Assembly (NCBI GenBank): GCA_963921275.4
Contig: OZ001293.3
Span: 224,001-288,000, forward strand
Source of the DNA: an uncultured Hormoscilla sp.
Lineage (GTDB): Bacteria > Cyanobacteriota > Cyanobacteriia > Cyanobacteriales > Desertifilaceae
Reading direction: 5' to 3'
DNA length: 64,000 nt
Of the stretch, positions 46,656 to 58,189 are shown in pieces. Numbering within the stretch: position 1 is the stretch's first letter; every line of letters starts with the position of its first letter. The notes under the pieces are model-generated. The model did no database searches. It was given only the letters and a program-made list of their open reading frames with translations, and was not told the origin of the DNA. Made by a program: the position numbers and the translations under genes.

Positions 46656-46893
46656 ATTCCCGCCTTCTCCGTCCCAGCGGTAGATACTGTTGGCGCTGGG
46701 GATGCCTTTAATGGCGGTTTAGCAGCGGATCTGGAAGCCGATCTTACCCTTAGACAAGCAGCTTTCTGGGGTGCCGCAGCTGCTGCCCTGGCCGTATCCG
46801 ACGCCGGCCGATCGCGCTACATTTGAGGCTTTTCTCAAGCAGCAAGGCGTTGTATAAAGAACTTGTAGGCACAAGCAAAACCAGAGGTTAACC

Positions 46894-48537
46894 TTGAGCG
46901 ATATCAACTTTTACCATCCCGAAGAACGACCTTGGCCAAATCCCCGGCTTGATTATGCCAGCATTATCGGACATACAACTGCCGACAGCGTGCGTCTGTG
47001 GTTGCGGGTAGACAAACCTGGTGATTACTGGCTAGTGGTGGCGTCTAATCCGATTCCCACCCATGGTACACCAGAAATTACTTCCTCTGACGAGCAATCC
47101 TATAGCTTCTTATTATCAACAGATGCAAGGAAAACCCAAGAGATTTCTACGGAAAGAATCTATTCCCTGGAATTTGACTCTGGCTATGATATCACCAAGG
47201 TCGTAGAACTGGAGGGTCTGCAACCGGACAGTCGCTATTATTATTGTTTGTTGCAGACTAACAGCGAAAAACCTTGGATATTGGGCCATAAAGAAAAGCT
47301 ATCCGTGCAGACATTTCCCGAACATACCAATGAATTCAACTTCGGGCTTTACAGTTGCCACATGCCCTATGATGGGCGGAAATTAGTCAACATGGAAATG
47401 TGGGATCTGTTTTACCAAGAACTATCAGACGTGAAGGCCCGTTTCATTATCGACGCTGGGGATCAGATGTATGTAGATGGCAATTTACAGTTAAATGTCT
47501 GGACTTGGCTGCGGCAAGTGAAAGACCAGAGGCCCAATCGCTATGATATGCTTTCTTGGTATCGGGACCTATTCCGGGGCTACTGGGGCATGCAGCCCGT
47601 GCAGCGAGTTTTGCGCAGTTTTCCCGCTTACATGATCTGGGACAATCATGAGATTATGGATGGCTGGGGTTCCTTTACCGAGCAGGAACTGGTGGCCCAG
47701 GTGGATGCTACCTTAAAGGAGGAAGAAAGAGAATATCATCTCGCTCTTACCCGGGAGATGTTCCAAGCAGCCAAGCAAGTTTATTATGAATACGAACATT
47801 CCCACAATCCCCCTACTGATGATACTATAGGGCAATTTGACTATGAGTTTAACTGCGGATGCAGCGCTTTCTACGCGCTGGACATGAGAGGACATCGGGA
47901 TTTTAATCGGGACTCATTGCGGATCTTGGGAGAACAGCAGTGGGAACGCTTGACTCATTGGATCTCACGCCAGTATCAGGGGGACTACCGCGTTTTGTTT
48001 ATCGTCTCACCGACGCCAGTAGTTCACTTAAACAGTTTTATTATCAATCAATTTGATATTCCCTATATGGTGGTGACTGACGATATGCGGGATAATTGGG
48101 AACATGAAGCCCATTGGAAGGAGAGAAATAAACTCCTGGGCACAGTATTTCAATTTTCCCAGGAAACTCGGCGCCCAGTAATTTTTCTCAGCGGCGACGT
48201 TCACCTGGGTGCAGCTTTTAAGGTTTCCCATCCGGACTTTCCTGCCGCCCGAGTGTTCCAGCTCACTTCTAGCCCCATTACCCATGCTACCATCAAGAAA
48301 TTTGCCCGTCGCATTTTAGAAATTCTGGTAAAAGAAAGCGGTAACCTGGGCACATTACCAGGAAATGTTCCCTACCAGTTCCAGAACTTATATCTTTGTC
48401 GGCGGAATAATTTCGGCATTGTCCGGGTAAAGGAACTGATGAGGGTAAGTTATCCATCAAGTACGATCTATTCGGCGCTACTGGTAGGTGATGGGACGAT
48501 CGAGAAGAAACAGATCGATCTAAATCAAATCCCTTAA
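46894..48537 (+). CDS. Alkaline phosphatase D (PhoD-like) family protein
   Basis: SCH, GDQMYVD, IWDNHE, LDMR, LSGDVH, TSS. Confidence 0.82.
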   Translation: MSDINFYHPEERPWPNPRLDYASIIGHTTADSVRLWLRVDKPGDYWLVVASNPIPTHGTPEITSSDEQSYSFLLSTDARKTQEISTERIYSLEFDSGYDITKVVELEGLQPDSRYYYCLLQTNSEKPWILGHKEKLSVQTFPEHTNEFNFGLYSCHMPYDGRKLVNMEMWDLFYQELSDVKARFIIDAGDQMYVDGNLQLNVWTWLRQVKDQRPNRYDMLSWYRDLFRGYWGMQPVQRVLRSFPAYMIWDNHEIMDGWGSFTEQELVAQVDATLKEEEREYHLALTREMFQAAKQVYYEYEHSHNPPTDDTIGQFDYEFNCGCSAFYALDMRGHRDFNRDSLRILGEQQWERLTHWISRQYQGDYRVLFIVSPTPVVHLNSFIINQFDIPYMVVTDDMRDNWEHEAHWKERNKLLGTVFQFSQETRRPVIFLSGDVHLGAAFKVSHPDFPAARVFQLTSSPITHATIKKFARRILEILVKESGNLGTLPGNVPYQFQNLYLCRRNNFGIVRVKELMRVSYPSSTIYSALLVGDGTIEKKQIDLNQIP

Positions 48538-50166
48538 CCTAAAATCTTGCGTCTTACCTGTCTTTTCAAGTATAGCAGCCACAGCCAACCGAGGGTACAT
48601 CCGATAATGTAGTAGGGAAAGTCCCACCAGACAAAGGTAATACCCAGCAGGGCCCGACCCATAAAGGTGGATCTAATGGGTGCATCTCACTTTTGCATCT
48701 GTACAGCTAACATAAGCATGAATATATGGTATGTATCGAGATTTTATCTGGTTATAATTGCGTCGTTTTTTGCTTGATATAGATTTTATGTGATCTCATT
48801 AAAAATGTAGCTATAAGCAAAGTGTATAAAAATTATGGAGCTAGAACAACTTGAACGGGAATTTGACAACATCATTAAAGAAATGACCCAAAAGTATATC
48901 CAAATTATATTTTTAAAAATACAGTCATATGACTTAAAATATTTGGAATTTTTAGAGACAACCACGCGAGAAACTCTGTTAAAAAAATTTGTCCTGAAAT
49001 GTTACAAGAACTTGTCAAATCCGTTACAGGAATTGAAACAGGTAGAGAAGGTCAACAATAGTAAGACAACTGTCAATTACAAATGAACAAGCAGAGTATT
49101 TTGAACTTAAGCCTTATATTCGATTTAGTCCGAAAATGGAGAAAAATAGCGCAGCGTTGATTTGCGCCAATGAATCGTATCGCTGAAAATGATTTAAACT
49201 CTCTCACGGGAATAAAAATTAATCATAGCACATTGCATAGATTAGTGCAAAGAAGTTGCCTACCTTAGGGGTTAAAGAAGTCACGCTAGATGGCGGAAAA
49301 GCAAGGATTAGAACAGAGGAGAAGGGTCGTCATTGTGAATATAAAGATTATAAGTCAAAATGGAAATAATTGTGGAGCTTTTTTTCAAGAAGACCATGTA
49401 TTAATTGATTGGGTAAACTGTCAAAAACTCTTGGCTCCTTTTTATTGTATAGGTGATGGACATCCAGGAATTTGGAAATTATTTAAGCAGATAGGCGAGC
49501 CTTCTTCAAGAAGAGAAATATTATACTGGTATCACCTTAAGGAGAATCTTTATAAGGTAGGGGGTTCTTTGAAGAGGATAAAACAAGCAGAAAATTTCCT
49601 ATGGTCAGGTAAAATTGATGAAACAATATCATTATTCAGACAACTAAAAAAGAAAAAAGCATTTCTGTAATTATTTGGAAAAACATCGTTTAAGAATAGT
49701 TGATTATCAGTATTATCAGTTAGAACAGGTAAGCTCTATAGGTTCAGGTTCAATAGAATCAGTGATTAAACTTATTGGGGCACGGGTAAAAATTTCAAGG
49801 GCTCAATGGAATATAGCCAACGTTCCCAAGATACTTTCCTTGCGTTGTGCTTATACGGGGTTCTTTCTGCATGATGTTTTTGCAAAAGTGAGATGCACCC
49901 GATCTAATTGCTTCTAAAAAGGGCGGGTGCCAGAGTTGGAGACATTCTAGGAAGCATGTTACCAGAAAGACGCCTAGGGAGACCCGCAGGAGTGAGGCTT
50001 TGGGCCAGAACAGCAGAATTAACAGTATCCAAAAGATTTCATAGAGGAGACCGCCAACAGAATTATTGAACCACAGGTGCCAGGGTCCTCGGTACAATTT
50101 GCTAGCAAAGCCTAAAGGAGTAATGACCAGCAAGCTAATCGCGATCGCAAGTCGATAGGTTTTCAT
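48535..50166 (-). pseudogene. DUF2809-like membrane protein split by an IS
   Basis: N-terminal half 49901-50166 (..LQLWHPPFLEAIR) resumes at 48677-48535 (STFMGRALLGITFVWWDFPYY..ILG*). Confidence 0.8.
48678..49900 (+). mobile_element. Degenerate ISKra4-like insertion sequence, 8-bp TSD GATCTAAT
   Basis: TIR GGGTGCATCTCACTTTTGCA; fragments CIGDGHPGIW, WYHLKENL, IGSGSIESVIK; AT-rich. Confidence 0.85.
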
Positions 50167-50288
50167 TGATTCGTTCGTCGTTTGTAGTCAGCACAAAGAG
50201 TGCTTCCGGGCACCGTTCGTAGTCAGCACTAAGAGTGCTTCTCAGGCGGGAAGGCCTAGCAGCACTTCTTGTATTGTAGCTCTTACGG

Positions 50289-50607
50289 GGGCAGGGTAAG
50301 CGCAAGAATCATGCTTGGGGCATCTATTATCAAATATCATGAGAATGATTGCCTTCAAGGAGTGCGAATATAGCACAGTCCACTCGCAATTTTCGTGGCT
50401 CCATACCACATGCACAATTTTTCTTGCGCTTGGCCTGCTTACGGGGGTGTGGTCAAAAACAGTTGGTGAAAGAAAAGTTCTCTGTGCGATCGCGCGGTGG
50501 GCCAGAAACCGGGTTTCTTAATTTATACTTGCGTTGTGCGCCTGATTTGGCCACAGAAACCCGGTTTCTTGTCTGTATGACCGATCAACAAATGCATGAC
50601 CATACCC
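50289..50607. mobile_element. MITE with GGGTGTGGTCA/TGACCATACCC ends (9-bp TSD CTCTTACGG) containing a 146-bp CAGG-ended MITE at 50292-50437 (10-bp TSD CTTACGGGGG)
   Basis: Both TIR pairs and both direct repeats are visible. Confidence 0.75.
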
Positions 50608-50644
50608 CTCTTACGGGCGCAGAAACTTAACAAGAGTAAAGAAC

Positions 50645-51202
50645 ATGAATAAAGAAAACGAAGCCATTACCCAAAAACAGCCAATTTTTCTAGTAATGCT
50701 GATATTGATAGTAATGGTCTTAGGGACGATCGCGACAGCATGGCTGACGATCGAGTTGGGAGTAATGGCGATCGGGGCTTGGTCCCTGTGGAGTTCTTAC
50801 CAGCACAGAAAGCAAAGCAAGCAAGGGTACTTGAAAGAATTATTTTATCAGTTAATTCAGGAAAACAATGGTTATATCACTGCGCTAGATTTGGCAATGA
50901 AGGCGAATATTTCTGCTCGAGAAGCAGGTGAATATCTGGAACTCCGTGCCAAAGAATTTGCGGCGGAGTTCCAGGTGAACCAACAATCCGGGATCTTGTA
51001 TTTATTTACCACGGCGAGATCGGCCAGCGCGATCAATGTTAAGGTGGTCGCCCAAGAACCTTTAGGAAAACCACTGCCCAAATCAACAGAAATTCGACGG
51101 CAGTTAAAGGATGCTCCTGCTGTATCTGTTAACATAGATGAGCCCAAAGATTCTGGTGAAGAGAGCCGGGATAAAATCAGGAAATTGCCAAGTTACCCCT
51201 GA
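50645..51202 (+). CDS. Hypothetical membrane protein
   Basis: Two TM segments, then a winged-helix-like ITALDLAMKANIS..YL..AKEF segment. Confidence 0.6.
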   Translation: MNKENEAITQKQPIFLVMLILIVMVLGTIATAWLTIELGVMAIGAWSLWSSYQHRKQSKQGYLKELFYQLIQENNGYITALDLAMKANISAREAGEYLELRAKEFAAEFQVNQQSGILYLFTTARSASAINVKVVAQEPLGKPLPKSTEIRRQLKDAPAVSVNIDEPKDSGEESRDKIRKLPSYP

Positions 51203-51427
51203 ATCAATCTCAGTTAGCAAAGCGGTTGCAGGTTCATTCCAGCACGGTCAGCAAGAGAAAACTAAATGCCAATTTTGATGAATGGAGTTTTCACCTCGTT
51301 ATCCAGAGGGAGTGGCGTGGAAATATTCTCCAGAAACGAAACGGTTTTATCCGATGACAGATGCCCGAAAATGATGGAGAAAGATCCTAAAGGCGATCGC
51401 ATAAGAGATAATAGAGATAGCAAATTG

Positions 51428-52582
51428 TCACAGCAGTCCGAGGATGGCGATCGCCGCCCGATCGGCTACTCCCGGTGTTCCCAAAGACTGGCGCATTTGC
51501 TGATAGTCTGCTAGCATTTGCTGTCGGACTGGATTAGCTAACAAGTCCATTCCTGCCGAGAATATCGCCTCTGGAGTAGCTTCCTCTTGGAGAAACTCCG
51601 GCACAATTTGCTTCATTGCGACTAAATTTGGCGGCGACATAAAGGGAATAGAAAAATTTAGCAATTTGCGAGCAATAAAAGCTGTTATCGGACTCACGCA
51701 GTAAATCGCTACCTGGGGGACATCCAAAAGAGCAAGTTCTAAATTAACAGTACCGGACTTCGCAATTGCCAAGTCAGCTGCTGCCAATACTTCTTCAGTC
51801 TGACTGCTAATCGTAGCCTGAAGACCGTAATGGCCGATCGCTCGTTGAATGGGTTCTCGAAATTCTTCTCTAGACAGAGGAATCCAAAACTGAACATCCG
51901 TCAGTTTGGATTGAATCATTTTCGCAGCACCAAACATCACGGGCATCAAATATTTTAACTCTTGGCGGCGGGAAGCAGGAATGAGGGCGATCGCCTTTTT
52001 TCCAGGGTCAATTCCCAAAGCAGTCCGGGCCTGACTGCACCCAGGAAATGCTTGCATTCTATCTATTAAAGGATGACCCACCCAAGTCACCTTTGCCCCA
52101 TGGGCAGCAAAATAACGCGCTTCTTCTGGGAAAACAGCTAATAGCAAGTCTGTAATTTTAACAATTTGCGCAGTTTTCCGGTAGGCGTAGCCGTGTGCAG
52201 ACCATACCCAAGTCTGAGGCGCAATGTAGTAAACTATGGGTACTTGGGGCAGATAACTCCGACAGAAAGCACCAATACCGAGATTATGTCCGGGATAGTC
52301 AAGCAACACCACCAGATCGGGAGGATGTTGGCGCAGGTATTGCTTAGTTTTCCGCTGTAGCAGAAACGTCGGCAAAACATAGGGCAGAGATTCCCAAATG
52401 CCCACAGAACCAATGGCCGTCGTGTTACCTAACAGCTGGGCACCCGCAGAGGCCATGCGATCGCCTCCCAGCGCGATAATCTCCACTCTGTACTCTGCTG
52501 CCACAGCGAGTTGAAGCGCCTCTATCAACAGCGCCCCTTGCAGATCCCCGGACACCTCTCCTGTACTGATAAATATCCTCAT
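51428..52582 (-). CDS. lpxB: Lipid-A-disaccharide synthase
   Basis: GEVSGDLQGA, DYPG.N, YIAPQ.W, GHPL, PASR..E, KSGT. Confidence 0.95.
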   Translation of the reverse strand: MRIFISTGEVSGDLQGALLIEALQLAVAAEYRVEIIALGGDRMASAGAQLLGNTTAIGSVGIWESLPYVLPTFLLQRKTKQYLRQHPPDLVVLLDYPGHNLGIGAFCRSYLPQVPIVYYIAPQTWVWSAHGYAYRKTAQIVKITDLLLAVFPEEARYFAAHGAKVTWVGHPLIDRMQAFPGCSQARTALGIDPGKKAIALIPASRRQELKYLMPVMFGAAKMIQSKLTDVQFWIPLSREEFREPIQRAIGHYGLQATISSQTEEVLAAADLAIAKSGTVNLELALLDVPQVAIYCVSPITAFIARKLLNFSIPFMSPPNLVAMKQIVPEFLQEEATPEAIFSAGMDLLANPVRQQMLADYQQMRQSLGTPGVADRAAIAILGLL

Positions 52583-52605
52583 GTTTGTAGTCAGGACTTT
52601 AGTCC

Positions 52606-53415
52606 TTATCTTTTTCCTGGAATGGGACCGCGACGGCCTACCGTTCCGGAAAAATCGGTAAGAGACAAGCGCATGAACTGGCGCAGGTGTTGTAATTGTT
52701 CGCTATCTGGTAGCAATTCTAGCTGTTCTAGGGCTTGACGCAAAGTGAGACCAGAACGATAGAGAATTCTCCAGGCTTTTTTCAGCAGGCCCAACTCTTC
52801 TGCAGTCACGCATGCCCGTTTCAGACCCACCAGATTCAGCGATCGCACCCGGGAAGGATTCCCCTCCACTAGCATATAGGGTGGCACATCCCGATCGATC
52901 CGACTCATCCCCCCCACCATTGCCATCCTGCCAATATGCACGAATTGATGAATCCCCAACATGCCACCAATCACCGCCCTGGACTCAATTGTCACGTGAC
53001 CTGCCAAGGCTACAGAATTGGCAATCACCACCTCATCGGCGATCGCGCAGTTATGGGCCACGTGGACGTAAGCCATCAGCAAATTGCCATTACCAATTAC
53101 CGTCATTTCCCCAGCCCGAGTCGCCCGGTTAATCGTCACGTATTCGCGGATGCGGTTGTGATCGCCAATTTTCACCAAGCTGAGAGACCCATCATATTTC
53201 AGGTCTTGGGATTCTAAACCAATAGCCGCCCCCGAAAATATTTTGTTACCTTCTCCAATTTCCGTCCAACCATCGATCGTTACATGGGCCCCGATCGTCG
53301 TTCCAGCCCCGATTACAGCATGTTCTCCAATCACAGCATAAGGTGCCACCTGCACCGTTGGATGCAGCTTAGCACCAGGATGGATCGCAGCAGTTGGATG
53401 AATCAGTGTGGCCAT
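52606..53415 (-). CDS. lpxA: UDP-N-acetylglucosamine O-acyltransferase
   Basis: Hexapeptide repeats, QDLKY, HVAHNC, GIHQF. Confidence 0.96.
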   Translation of the reverse strand: MATLIHPTAAIHPGAKLHPTVQVAPYAVIGEHAVIGAGTTIGAHVTIDGWTEIGEGNKIFSGAAIGLESQDLKYDGSLSLVKIGDHNRIREYVTINRATRAGEMTVIGNGNLLMAYVHVAHNCAIADEVVIANSVALAGHVTIESRAVIGGMLGIHQFVHIGRMAMVGGMSRIDRDVPPYMLVEGNPSRVRSLNLVGLKRACVTAEELGLLKKAWRILYRSGLTLRQALEQLELLPDSEQLQHLRQFMRLSLTDFSGTVGRRGPIPGKR

Positions 53416-53501
53416 TTTCCCTTTGCTAATTGCTAATCAGAATGAACTATACAATGGAACAATTAGCAATGAACGATGGCGCTGCGCCATCGACCTATTT
53501 T

Positions 53502-54011
53502 TCAATCCACGAACGAAAACATCAATTCCCCTTCTGCCACCCGTTGACCATCTACTTGAACCCGACATTGCATTTTGCCGAAACGACGGCGCTTGACACT
53601 CAGCAATTGAGCGGTTATGACTAATTGGTCTCCAGGCACCACCGGACGCCGGAACTTAGCTTTATCGATACCAGTTAACATAGATAGTCCTCCAGGGAAA
53701 TCCGACAGCTGAGTCAGTAAGACGCCGCCTACTTGGGCCATCGCTTCGACAATCAGAACTCCCGGCATGATTGGACGTCCTGGGAAATGTCCCTGGAAAT
53801 ACGGTTCATTGCAGGTAACATTTTTAATCCCTACAGCCTTTTTGCCTGGTACATATTCAATAATCCGGTCTACTAGCAAAAAAGGATAGCGGTGGGGCAG
53901 GAGTTTCGTAATCTCTTCGAGGGTGATAACGCTTTTTTCTTTGGCATCAGGACTCTTTGGTGACCCATTATTCACAGAATCGGATGTATTAACTTCGGTT
54001 AAAGTGGACAT
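53502..54011 (-). CDS. fabZ: 3-hydroxyacyl-ACP dehydratase
   Basis: [29 protein letters not shown]. Confidence 0.96.
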   Translation of the reverse strand: MSTLTEVNTSDSVNNGSPKSPDAKEKSVITLEEITKLLPHRYPFLLVDRIIEYVPGKKAVGIKNVTCNEPYFQGHFPGRPIMPGVLIVEAMAQVGGVLLTQLSDFPGGLSMLTGIDKAKFRRPVVPGDQLVITAQLLSVKRRRFGKMQCRVQVDGQRVAEGELMFSFVD

Positions 54012-54043
54012 AAGTAGATTTTGATTTGCGATGTTCCGCCTAA

Positions 54044-55018
54044 TTAATTAGACTGGCAAATTTTTTTGGCAAGTTGGACGTGCAGCTGATGGCTGGCTTT
54101 GTAGGCCAGGTAATGAGCCACGGGAATGGTGAGTAGTAAACTCATATCCCCTACTAAGTCTAATAGTTTATGACGCACTGGTTCATTGGCAAATCGCAAA
54201 GGCGGATTCAGCCACCCGTCGGCACCACAAACTAAGGCATTATCCAGAGTACCACCTTTGATTAAGCCTTGATCGCGCAGCTGCTGGATTTGATCTGCCA
54301 AACCAAAAGTCCTCGCCGGTGCAATTTCGGTAGCAAAGTCCTCTGAGACTGGTTCCCAGCTGTGCCACTGATTGCCAATGGCTGGCGGTGAGAAGTCAAT
54401 TCCATAGGTGAAACGAGTTTTGCTAGCTGGTATGGCACAGACAAAGGCGTCACCCCGCTGCACCCAAACTGGTTCTGTGATTTTGGTAATGGAACGATTT
54501 GGTTCTCCTTCCCGATGTACTCTGCACGCGCTATATCTGCGCACGCTCCGGGAACCCTCCGCTGCACATCGGTCACACATATCTGCCTGGGAACGTACTT
54601 TTGCCTTGCCCGCGCGCAGCGTGCGCGCAGCGCATAGCGCCTCTACCCATTCAGCTGCGGAACCATCCAGTAGGGGCAGTTCTGGGCCGTCAATCTCAAT
54701 TCGGGCATCATGCACGCCCAGGGCTACCAGTGCAGCTAAGAGATGTTCGACCGTCCGCACGCGCGCATCTTTCCATCCCAGTTCAGTAGACAGGCTTGTG
54801 GAAACTACTGCCTCTACCCGGGCAGGTATTACCGGTGCTCCAGGCAGGTCAACCCGCACAAAATAGCGCCCCTCTCCTACTGCTGCTGGTAGCACCTTGA
54901 CCTTAGTGAGGACGCCAGTATGCAGTCCCACTCCCGACTTTTCCATCATCATTGCTAATTGCTCATAGTTAAAGGAGAATAGCAATCGACTATTCACCAT
55001 TAACAATTCTCCCAACAA
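54044..55018 (-). CDS. lpxC: UDP-3-O-acyl-GlcNAc deacetylase with internal repeat-derived insert; true start uncertain
   Basis: [40 protein letters not shown]. Confidence 0.93.
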   Translation of the reverse strand: MLGELLMVNSRLLFSFNYEQLAMMMEKSGVGLHTGVLTKVKVLPAAVGEGRYFVRVDLPGAPVIPARVEAVVSTSLSTELGWKDARVRTVEHLLAALVALGVHDARIEIDGPELPLLDGSAAEWVEALCAARTLRAGKAKVRSQADMCDRCAAEGSRSVRRYSACRVHREGEPNRSITKITEPVWVQRGDAFVCAIPASKTRFTYGIDFSPPAIGNQWHSWEPVSEDFATEIAPARTFGLADQIQQLRDQGLIKGGTLDNALVCGADGWLNPPLRFANEPVRHKLLDLVGDMSLLLTIPVAHYLAYKASHQLHVQLAKKICQSN

Positions 55019-55178
55019 CTAACCACTGACAACTAACCACTGACCACGCGATGTGCGATTAATGTGCTCCGCGCAGTGCGAATAGCACGCGCAGAGCACA
55101 TTAAGCAGTGCGAATAGCACGTGCAGAGCACATCGCTTGACAACTGACAACACGGCTGGCGCCCCCAGCGTAGCGCCA

Positions 55179-57272
55179 TCAGAATCTTTCTCCGATGCCA
55201 AAGTGGAGGCGGTTACCCCCGTCGGTACTGAAGCCAAAGTCTACCCGAATTGGTCCTAAAGGAGACTGAATGCGCACCCCGAGACCGATGCCAGCACCAG
55301 TACCTGGCAGGTCTCGAATCTCTGATGGTTCCCCCGGAACGTTACCGCCAGAGCCCAGGTTGCTGCCCACATCCAAGAATAGGGCCCCACCGACGACGGA
55401 GAAGATGGGAAAGCGATATTCGGCTGTGCCTTGGATAAAATAGCGACCGCTGCCTAAATCCCCTTCTGCAAAGCCTCGCACGGAATTACTACCCCCCAGA
55501 ACAAAGGCTTCGTAGGGGGGTAAATCCCCGATGACGGCTCCAGCTTGGAAGTTAAAAGCTAGGGCTTGGGGTCCTTCGGAGAAGTTGGTAAACTTAACGG
55601 GGATGTAGTAGCTATGGCTAGCCCGGAGGCGATTGAGAAAGATATTGCCCAAGCCTATCGGGACCGATTGTTCCATGCTCAACCTGGTCAGAGAACCGCT
55701 AGTGGGCTGAATATTGTCATTGCGCCGATCGCGCACCACCCCCAATTGCAGCAGCACCAGGTCATCCTTGCCATCCTCGCTGAAGGATAAGAGTTCCCCG
55801 TCTTCGCTTTCGGGCTCTAGATCGCCGTCCCGATCGCGAATGGAAACCCGTTGATACTGCAACCCTAAGGATCCGCGCCACTCAGAGTTAAGGGGATCGG
55901 GACCCAGGGGACGGGTAAAGCTGATTCCTCCTCCTAACCGCAGCACTCGGGGGCGATCGCCATTATCCAGTTCGATCTCATTTTTCTCTCCATCAAACAC
56001 CAGGGATATGGACTGGCGTCGGAACAGATTTGCCGTATAAGAGGTGCGATTCTTGTCTCCTGCGATCCAGGGGTCTGTAAAGCTGAGGTCGAACAGCAAC
56101 TCCCGGGTGCCTACCTGGGCCTCGGCCCGCAAGTTCTGGTTATTTCCCCCCAGGTTGTTCTCCTGATAGCTGACCGAACCAAACAACCCGCTAGCAGAAC
56201 TAATCCCTGCACCTGCCGCGATCGATCCTGTATTCCCCTCCTGCACGTTTAGCACCACCACTACCTTGGAGGGGTCAACTCCGGGATTTAATTCGATCAA
56301 CACATCTTCAAAAATCCCTAAACCAAACACCCGCTGTAAATCCGCCTCCACCCGATCGCTATTAAACAGTTTTCCCGGCTCTAGTTGCAACTCCCGAGTG
56401 ATAATAAATTCCCGCGTCTTGCCCGCGATCGGTTGGCCCTCTTCATCAGTAGCTTCTCCATCTTGGTTCAGGAAACGGATTTGGATATCTTCTATCACCC
56501 CTTCTGTTACGATCAGGGTGACCGTACCATCAGCTGCCACCTGGGGAGAGCCAATTACCTGAGCCAAAACATAACCCTGGTCTTGATATCTTTGGTTTAA
56601 GCTTTCGATCCCTTCCTGTAGCTGTCCCAGATTCAATATCGAACCGTATTGAGAGCTAAAAATCTCCTCAACTACCTCTGGTCCCAGCACCGACGGCACT
56701 TCACCTTGATTTGCGGCCACTCGCACTTGTCTGAGCACGGGGTTAGGTTGCACTACAAAAGTCACCTGCACACCCAAGGGGGTATCTTTTGGTATTGCTT
56801 GCACCTTGGCAAAAAATCCTGTAGCAAAGATAACGTTAATATCTGCTTGTAGCTGGCTGCGGGTGGTGGTCCGTCCCGGTCGAGTGCTAATTACCTGGTA
56901 TACTTCATCTTCCAGTTCCCCTTGTACCCCCCGTACTGCTAATTCTGCCACTAGGACTCGCGGTTCTGCTTGTCCTTCAGCAGGTCTTTGCCCCACTTTC
57001 CCGTCTGGGAACGACAACAATGCTGTGGCCTCGATGTCTCCGGAGTAGTGCGAGTAGCGCTCTCCGAAGACATCGAAACGGTCGGAAGCACTAAAGTGCT
57101 TACTACGAACCTTGACAGTTAAATCCTGCTCGGGGGTTTGTCCCCAGGCGTCGGAGTTTACGCCACCGTACCCTACTGTAGCTGAGGCAGTAACTATTGC
57201 TAATAATAAGGGAGAAAAGCGCATTGTTTTCACGTTTATACCCACACCGCATTTGATAGTCTGACAACTCAA
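55179..57272 (-). CDS. bamA: BamA/Omp85 outer-membrane assembly protein
   Basis: POTRA domains, LGGSNSVRGF, C-terminal FGIGERF. Confidence 0.9.
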   Translation of the reverse strand: MSCQTIKCGVGINVKTMRFSPLLLAIVTASATVGYGGVNSDAWGQTPEQDLTVKVRSKHFSASDRFDVFGERYSHYSGDIEATALLSFPDGKVGQRPAEGQAEPRVLVAELAVRGVQGELEDEVYQVISTRPGRTTTRSQLQADINVIFATGFFAKVQAIPKDTPLGVQVTFVVQPNPVLRQVRVAANQGEVPSVLGPEVVEEIFSSQYGSILNLGQLQEGIESLNQRYQDQGYVLAQVIGSPQVAADGTVTLIVTEGVIEDIQIRFLNQDGEATDEEGQPIAGKTREFIITRELQLEPGKLFNSDRVEADLQRVFGLGIFEDVLIELNPGVDPSKVVVVLNVQEGNTGSIAAGAGISSASGLFGSVSYQENNLGGNNQNLRAEAQVGTRELLFDLSFTDPWIAGDKNRTSYTANLFRRQSISLVFDGEKNEIELDNGDRPRVLRLGGGISFTRPLGPDPLNSEWRGSLGLQYQRVSIRDRDGDLEPESEDGELLSFSEDGKDDLVLLQLGVVRDRRNDNIQPTSGSLTRLSMEQSVPIGLGNIFLNRLRASHSYYIPVKFTNFSEGPQALAFNFQAGAVIGDLPPYEAFVLGGSNSVRGFAEGDLGSGRYFIQGTAEYRFPIFSVVGGALFLDVGSNLGSGGNVPGEPSEIRDLPGTGAGIGLGVRIQSPLGPIRVDFGFSTDGGNRLHFGIGERF

Positions 57273-57286
57273 GTCATTTTACTGCC

Positions 57287-58051
57287 TCACTTTACTCCAG
57301 CATCTCCCTCGATCGGGGCAGCGCAGCGTGTGGTAGCCAAAACTCTTTGGAGAACCTGCTGATATGCTGCCTCTACATTTGGCAAATCCTGGCGGAACCG
57401 GTCTTTATCCATTACTCGCTGGTTCGGGTCTGTGGTGCTATTATCCCACAAACGACAGGTGTCAGGGCTGATTTCATCTGCCAACAGCAATTGCTGCTGT
57501 TTATCTAGACCAAATTCTAGTTTGAAGTCTACTAGAGTTAGACCGCACGAGGCGAAAAATTTTGACAGGTATGAATTGATCTGCAATGATAACCGACGGA
57601 TCTCCTCTAATTGATCTGGTGTTGCCAGTTCCAGCAATAATAGCCGATCACGCGTCAACAACGGGTCTCCCAGAGCATCGTTTTTATAGCAGTATTCTAC
57701 CAGGGGCTGGTCAAGCTTCATCCCCAAAGGCAATCCTGTCTGCTTGCAGAGGCTGCCAGCTGCTATGTTGCGCAGGATCACTTCTACTGGCAGGATCTGC
57801 AAGGCGCGGATGCGCATTGAGTTGGGGGTCGGCCTGTCTAGATAATGAGTCTGGATGCCTTGGGCTGCTAGCAGACTAAATAGCTGGCTGGAAATGCCGC
57901 AGTTGATTTCTCCTTTACCGGCGATCGTCCCCCGCTTTTGGGCGTTAAAGGCGGTAGCGTCGTCCTTAAAGTAGGCCAGGAGAATCCTTGGATCCTCGGT
58001 CCTATATAGGATCTTGGCTTTGCCTTCATACAGCTGTTGACTGTCAGTCAT
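57287..58051 (-). CDS. purC: SAICAR synthase
   Basis: LYEGKAK, DFKLEFG, LADEISPDTCRLWD, DKDRFR. Confidence 0.96.
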   Translation of the reverse strand: MTDSQQLYEGKAKILYRTEDPRILLAYFKDDATAFNAQKRGTIAGKGEINCGISSQLFSLLAAQGIQTHYLDRPTPNSMRIRALQILPVEVILRNIAAGSLCKQTGLPLGMKLDQPLVEYCYKNDALGDPLLTRDRLLLLELATPDQLEEIRRLSLQINSYLSKFFASCGLTLVDFKLEFGLDKQQQLLLADEISPDTCRLWDNSTTDPNQRVMDKDRFRQDLPNVEAAYQQVLQRVLATTRCAAPIEGDAGVK

Positions 58052-58189
58052 GGTTGGTGGGTATGAGTGAGGTTCTCCCTTATTTTGCTACAATTATTAG
58101 CTGCCACAAAATTAAGAGTCGATGTCCCCCGGGTAGTGCGAGTAGAGCTCCCGGGGGACATCGAAAGTCAAATCTCAGGAGATGGACCT

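Larger units (their letters stand above)
45986..46857 (+). pseudogene. rbsK: Ribokinase (PfkB family), 5'-deleted and interrupted by a MITE
   Basis: LLQLEIP, ILDPAP, ITPNEVEA, TLGGGG; after the insert, VDTVGAGDAFNGGLA. Confidence 0.85.

Noticed and set aside
58067..58189. N-terminal extension of IlvC
   Set aside because: It is read-through of an upstream palindromic element; the canonical start is ATG58190
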